This document shows, one piece after another, positions 48,790 through 53,383 of a DNA stretch of 53,383 nt. Made by a program: the position numbers and the translations under genes. The first letter of the stretch is position 1. Each line of letters starts with the position of its first letter. The stretch comes from Escherichia phage FXie-2024a, in sequence record PP107930.1. One strand, 5' to 3'. The notes beneath the pieces were generated by a model. It was given only the letters and a program-made list of their open reading frames with translations. It made no database searches and had not been told where the DNA came from.

Positions 48790-48950
48790 TTAATACTCCA
48801 AATATCCATAAATTGATTTAATGCGTCTTGCCACTTCACGAGCAGGCATACGTGGATTGGCCTCTTTAGCCATTTTCTTCAAACGTTTGTTTGAGCCACC
48901 GTAGGCAACAGCGTAAACACAGGATTTAAAAGATTTGAAATGAGATAGTT

Positions 48951-49139
48951 TCATTTTGCTTCCAGAATTTGATTTAATCCACTGAACACGATTTCTTCAT
49001 GTTCGTCAGTTGTACATGCGTTGATGTACTCAAAGTCATAGCCAACAAACTTCTCCGCCCACTCCTGTAAACGAAGTAAAGAATTGAAGTATAACCTTTG
49101 CTCTACACCATTTAATTTGAAGAAGACGATGAAGTCCAT
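48951..49139 (-). CDS. Hypothetical small protein
   Basis: 62 aa early ORF. Confidence 0.35.
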   Translation of the reverse strand: MDFIVFFKLNGVEQRLYFNSLLRLQEWAEKFVGYDFEYINACTTDEHEEIVFSGLNQILEAK

Positions 49140-49140
49140 A

Positions 49141-49383
49141 TTAACCTCTTACTTTCAGGAAATCTGGATGTGCGGCAGTTGCCACAACTTTGTGATGTTT
49201 GTCATTCTGGATTGCTTGCCAAACATATTCAGGATATGCGGCATTATTCCACACCAGCTTGTTTTCGTAAATTGATGTATAAGATATTAAGTCTGCCAAC
49301 ATTATTGCTCTGGTTTCAGTATTAACCAAAGCATGAGAAACAACACCATCACGATTGATGTATTGATACAGTGCATAATTCAT
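49141..49383 (-). CDS. Hypothetical protein
   Basis: 80 aa early ORF. Confidence 0.4.
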   Translation of the reverse strand: MNYALYQYINRDGVVSHALVNTETRAIMLADLISYTSIYENKLVWNNAAYPEYVWQAIQNDKHHKVVATAAHPDFLKVRG

Positions 49384-49632
49384 TTAGAATCCCTCGTTAT
49401 ACCCAGCAGTGTTACGAAGAGTCACTTCAACATCTTCGTCATCAGGAATTAATTCGACTTCAATATTGACAACAATATTGTCACTAAAAGTACATGCCTT
49501 ACTTGAATCAAAGAACTTTACAGCATTGTACTTATCTGACTCATTTACTTTAATCCACTTCACAGAACGAACAGTGAAGATTTGACCATCTTGCAGGTCT
49601 TTGAAACAAGCAGCTTTAATCACAGTATCCAT
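49384..49632 (-). CDS. First early protein after the iteron region
   Basis: About 82 aa from MDTVIK (ATG 49630..49632) with GGAG ribosome-binding site; preceded by a long hairpin leader. Confidence 0.4.
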   Translation of the reverse strand: MDTVIKAACFKDLQDGQIFTVRSVKWIKVNESDKYNAVKFFDSSKACTFSDNIVVNIEVELIPDDEDVEVTLRNTAGYNEGF

Positions 49633-49656
49633 TTTATTCTCCAAAGTTAAAGGAAA

Positions 49657-49722
49657 ACTCCCTACAGAACGATTGTGGAGGTCTTGTCTTACCTCAATCC
49701 ACCTTAAAGTTGTAGGGAGTAT
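49657..49722 (-). promoter_or_regulatory. Structured leader hairpin before the first early gene
   Basis: 10-bp inverted repeat ACTCCCTACA / TGTAGGGAGT enclosing an inner stem, followed by a U-run, a ribosome-binding site and the ATG. Confidence 0.35.
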
Positions 49723-49779
49723 GTGACACAACAAGTGCCGAAAACTACAATGATTAGCTTGGAGACATAATCTCTCTAA

Positions 49780-50650
49780 AATCTGTCACAGAATTTACAG
49801 AGATTTGGTCTTATTCACATGCAACTAATGATAAATGAACATGCTTAATTGCAACTAATTCATCTGCCAAATAGACGAATTTTGTCACAATCAAACATGC
49901 ATCATTAATTATAGGTTTACACCTATCTTGGAATGTATTTGGCACATCAAGAAGTGGCGCAATAGGTACGGAAAACCGACCATGTACAGCATAATAAAAC
50001 CAATTAAATAAAGGGTTTTATCCCAATATTGTCACAATATTTACATGCGATGATAAAGCCTTCGCTTGGCTGGAAGCCAGTATTCATGCGGGTTGCAAGA
50101 ATATTGGGTCATTGCTGATACAGCTATTACATGCGAAATTGGCACAAATACTGTTACAAAATTAACATGCCAGATTGGCAGACGATTGTATCTTCGAGGT
50201 GATTAGTCCTCTAACAATTCTGCCACATTCCAACATGCCAATTTGTAGCAATATTTACATGCCATACTGCGACGCAATTGTCACAATATTTGTTGCTCAA
50301 AATCGGGGCGGCTTCTGCGTGCAAACGAGAGGCTTAGTCCGACTTCTTCTCTTCTTTCGATTTCTGATTGAAAGAAAGAAGCATGTCCAAAAGTTCCAAT
50401 ATTACCAAAGTTATCTCCCGGCTTGTGGGTGGGCCTTTATAATAGGAGATGGAGCAATATTGTCGCAATTGAACATGCCATAGGTGAAGTACAAGTTTCG
50501 GATAGATATTCCTACTCTGTGTCATGGTTGCTGGAACTATAGGTGGCCTACCTAGGGAGTTCAATGATTGCCACATCATTACAACACTGTAACTCAAAGC
50601 TGACATGCTGAATGTTTCTAGAATGATTCAACATTACATGCGGAATATTT
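49780..50650. repeat. Iteron-like repeat cluster (candidate origin or promoter array)
   Basis: ORF-free ~0.9 kb with about 10 to 12 copies of a 18-19 bp motif near TTGTCACAATATTTACATGC (examples 49882..49900, 50029..50048, 50151..50170, 50221..50238, 50243..50262, 50460..50478). Confidence 0.55.
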
Positions 50651-50721
50651 CTCCGTATTCTTTTACTTCACATCCAACTAATGTAAGAGTTGTGTAACGA
50701 TATTGAAGACAGCTCTTAAAT

Positions 50722-50752
50722 TAATTGAAACAAGAAAAGGGAGCCGAAGCTC
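50722..50752 (-). terminator. Intrinsic terminator after the RNA polymerase operon
   Basis: Minus strand reads GGGAGCTTCGGCTCCC followed by TTTTCTTGTTTC, just after the 66-aa ORF stop at 50760. Confidence 0.5.
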
Positions 50753-50759
50753 CCAAGTA

Positions 50760-50960
50760 TCAGAACGGTATCTCTGTATCAAAGTACCCAGAATTGTGTA
50801 AGAATGAGTGCAATAATACATGCGATTCTTGCTTATATTCTGCTAACAATTCTAAGAAGTCTTTAGTCTCCTCCACTGTAGGACGAGATAAGTTGCTCAT
50901 GTCACAGGTGTGATGAGGATTGAAACAGTTTTCGATTTGATTGATTTGTTGAATGTTCAT
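50760..50960 (-). CDS. Hypothetical small protein
   Basis: 66 aa ORF immediately downstream of the RNA polymerase gene. Confidence 0.4.
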   Translation of the reverse strand: MNIQQINQIENCFNPHHTCDMSNLSRPTVEETKDFLELLAEYKQESHVLLHSFLHNSGYFDTEIPF

Positions 50961-51009
50961 TATAAGTCTCCAAGTTTGTGGTCATCCTTGACCCAATTAG
51001 TGTCACTGA

Positions 51010-52950
51010 TTATTGACAGAAGTAGTAAGCGTGTTCGCTCATCAGAAGCTCTTCAGTTACGATGTTCTCGTGATACATCTGAATGCCGCCAAGTTGCTTA
51101 GACAGATTCTCGAATTGATTGTTGGTTACAAAGATTTCAACATATGCTGCACGAATAACTTCCATCATACGTGGAGCATCAGCTAAGCAGCAACGGAAAC
51201 AATCATGGATTGAAGTGAAGCCACGAAGACCAGCTTCTTTAGCTTTAACTGCAACAGTACGAGCAACAAGTGCATCAATACCTTGAATGTAGTTAACAAC
51301 GAAGGTGCGTTTAAATTCTTCCTTAGTTGGATTGGATTCACGAATGGTCCAAGGCTTGTTCTCCTGAATCTGGCCAAAGATAACACGAGTTTGGCTGTCA
51401 ACACGGATGCTGAATGCCTCACAGATTTCACGAGATGGGAAGCAAGGCTTCATTACAACCTGACCATCAGTGTGACGATATGTGATGTACTCTTTGTTGA
51501 GTTCAACACAACGGTTGTATGCAGCATCAGCAGCTTTCTCGATGAACATGTTAATCTTAGCACCCAATGCGTTATGGATTGCTTCTACACACAGTTCAGC
51601 AAATGCCTCAGCTTTCTCCATAGGAATCTGGAGAGATGCAGTCATGTATGCAATGAAGTCAGAAGAACCAGTCAATGCAGCTTTACCACCACCGTATTGA
51701 ATAGCCATATACGGAGTTTTGATAAACTTACGACCAGCTTTCGGATTCAAGAATTCATCCATGATTTCAGGAGATGGTTTCATTGAAGAACGGTCGAGCA
51801 GCTTCAACAGTTCACGAAGACTCAACTGGTATGGGTCAGATGCTTTAGTCTCAGAATCAACCAGACCTGTTGCACGAGCCATTTCCATGTTACCAGCAAT
51901 GAATGCCAGATATTGAGTACCAGAACATTTAGCATCTAAACCAAAGCCTACACGAGAATCGCACTCACCTGTAGTCTCAAACTTGAACCAATCCAGAGCC
52001 AGACGAACATAAGTGAATGGCTTAGAAGGACGTTCAGATTTGTCCATGTTCATCATGCGAGCAAGTGAACCAGCTGGATTTGATGCAACATAAGTTAATC
52101 GCTTAGCAGAAGCCCATTCACCACCAGAAATATCTTCCAGCTCTGCCATGAACATGTTGTATGCAATGGTAGTAGAACCATCTTCGTTAAACTTCTTAAC
52201 GATGTTCTCAACATTGTGAGAATACAAGCAACGAGCAAAGTCAGATGATTGTGGGTTAGGACCAGCACATGCTACATGATACAGACGACCACGGTTATCA
52301 GCAAAGTAGTCAGAGTACAGTGTATCCTGAGTCATCATTGCTACAGCATTGTTCCAAACATGGAGTTCAGTCTGGATTGCTTCTGGCATCTGCAAGCCAC
52401 CATAAGTACGCTGCTCAATCATGGACTGGATGATGCGAACCATCTCAGTCTCCACATGGTACTCAGTATCTTGCAGGAATTCGATTGCAGCTTTCAGAGT
52501 CTTGGATGGCTTAACTTTGCCACCTTTAACGAAAGGCTTGCGACGAGATTCAGTGGTAACACGCTCAGTGAATGGCACTGAGGTATCTTTGGTTGTAACC
52601 AGCTCAACCCATGCATCAGTTTGTTGGAACGACTTATCTTCGTTCATGGTGATGAAGCCAAAGTGTTTAGCCAGACCAATCAGGTTGATAGCTGGGTCAA
52701 CATAGTGCATTGCTTTCAAATCGTTGTTATAACGGTTGGCATCAGCAATAGAAGCAGAAGCCAGTTCAACCATCGAGATGGCAGGTACAACATCGTCACG
52801 AGTGAAAGACGTCATCATCTTGAAGATGGCTAACGCAGCAATAGCACAAGTCTGAGGCTGCATATAGTTCTGTTTCTCTTTGGCACGGTATACCAGAGCA
52901 GTGATAGCAGGAACAACGGATTTGATAGTTTGAGTAGAGATAGTAGTCAT
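51010..52950 (-). CDS. Single-subunit DNA-dependent RNA polymerase, compact form
   Basis: 646 aa from MTTIST (GGAG ribosome-binding site). T7-RNAP-like motifs: DNRGRLY, motif A GLDAKCSG, motif B KTPYMAIQYGGGK, motif C SIHDCF. N-terminal domain much shorter than T7 RNAP. Confidence 0.8.
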   Translation of the reverse strand: MTTISTQTIKSVVPAITALVYRAKEKQNYMQPQTCAIAALAIFKMMTSFTRDDVVPAISMVELASASIADANRYNNDLKAMHYVDPAINLIGLAKHFGFITMNEDKSFQQTDAWVELVTTKDTSVPFTERVTTESRRKPFVKGGKVKPSKTLKAAIEFLQDTEYHVETEMVRIIQSMIEQRTYGGLQMPEAIQTELHVWNNAVAMMTQDTLYSDYFADNRGRLYHVACAGPNPQSSDFARCLYSHNVENIVKKFNEDGSTTIAYNMFMAELEDISGGEWASAKRLTYVASNPAGSLARMMNMDKSERPSKPFTYVRLALDWFKFETTGECDSRVGFGLDAKCSGTQYLAFIAGNMEMARATGLVDSETKASDPYQLSLRELLKLLDRSSMKPSPEIMDEFLNPKAGRKFIKTPYMAIQYGGGKAALTGSSDFIAYMTASLQIPMEKAEAFAELCVEAIHNALGAKINMFIEKAADAAYNRCVELNKEYITYRHTDGQVVMKPCFPSREICEAFSIRVDSQTRVIFGQIQENKPWTIRESNPTKEEFKRTFVVNYIQGIDALVARTVAVKAKEAGLRGFTSIHDCFRCCLADAPRMMEVIRAAYVEIFVTNNQFENLSKQLGGIQMYHENIVTEELLMSEHAYYFCQ

Positions 52951-53006
52951 TTGTAAGTCTCCAAGATTGTGTATGATTTGAATGAAACGGATTATAATAG
53001 CGTAGC

Positions 53007-53024
53007 CATTACACAATTCACGTC
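53007..53024 (-). promoter_or_regulatory. Copy of recurrent 18-bp motif, about 60 nt upstream of the RNA polymerase ATG
   Basis: Plus strand TTCACGTCCAACTAATAT; family consensus TTCACATCCAACTAATGT. Confidence 0.35.
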
Positions 53025-53181
53025 CAACTAATATCACAAACCTGTGCCATTGTTACAACAGCACGGAGACTTTGACCTTGACTCATAAGCGAAGCGCCTA
53101 ACTTGGTGTTGATTGAAAGCCGATAGGCTGTAGGAAAAAGTTGGGGTAGGGACCGTATTTTAAGTCCGATAGGACGTTGGG

Positions 53182-53240
53182 CTTCCCCTCCTCGGAGATA
53201 AAAATTTTAAAATAATAATGTTACAACTTCCCCTCCTCGC
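53182..53240. repeat. Subterminal direct repeat, CTTCCCCTCCTCG x2
   Basis: Perfect 13-bp copies at 53182..53194 and 53228..53240, just inside the right terminal repeat. Confidence 0.5.
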
Positions 53241-53256
53241 CGTCCCAAAAATAAAA

Positions 53257-53383
53257 TTATAATATTGCCACAATTCTAGTCTCGTTAATATTGAACAAAT
53301 TCGAGTCTCCAATATCGTAACAATTCTAGTCTCTTTAATTCTGTAGCAATATTCGAAATAAAAAAAAAATTATAAAAAAAAAA
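53257..53383. repeat. Right copy of 127-bp terminal direct repeat
   Basis: Identical to 1..127; the window ends exactly at the repeat end. Confidence 0.6.

Noticed and set aside
1678-52833. Plus-strand ORFs from the six-frame track (for example 11392..12033, 19498..20082, 35526..35969, 51283..51786)
   Set aside because: They lie antisense inside longer, motif-supported minus-strand genes, have low-complexity or Cys/Ser/Arg-rich compositions and lack ribosome-binding sites; treated as shadow ORFs.
39117-53024. Reading the 18-bp motif as a sigma-70 promoter with TTGGAT as the -35 element
   Set aside because: Sequences 17 bp downstream of TTGGAT show no consistent -10 hexamer across copies, so a host-promoter interpretation is not supported by sequence alone.
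1-53383. Integrase, repressor or other lysogeny module
   Set aside because: No ORF showed tyrosine- or serine-recombinase motifs or a helix-turn-helix repressor pattern, and there is no divergent operon structure; lifestyle is inferred to be virulent.

Overview
The window looks like a complete, linear ~53.3 kb tailed-phage genome, bounded by an identical 127-bp sequence at both ends (1..127 and 53257..53383). Essentially all credible genes are on the minus strand, so transcription runs from the right end leftward. Reading in that direction: a compact single-subunit (T7-like) RNA polymerase; a ~0.9 kb ORF-free region packed with iteron-like repeats; about 35 small early genes; an ORF-poor block with a tRNA-like element and palindromic repeats; a T7-style replication and nucleotide-metabolism module (ThyX-like, primase-helicase, family A DNA polymerase, 5'-3' exonuclease, HNH endonuclease, ligase, dNMP-kinase-like, dUTPase); a head module (large terminase, portal, scaffold/protease, decoration-like protein, major capsid); a contractile-tail module (sheath, tube, tape measure with transglycosylase domain, baseplate, three tail fibers); lysis genes; and a host-like orphan nrdB. 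No integrase or repressor is evident, so a virulent lifestyle is likely. The strongest single observation is a probable programmed -1 frameshift (slippery CCCAAAG) fusing a head protein to an Ig-like domain. Other leads are a ThyX homolog with an altered RHR motif, a small protein carrying the exact E. coli SSB C-terminal tail, and two recurrent intergenic motifs. All functional calls rest on motif recognition by eye; no searches were run.
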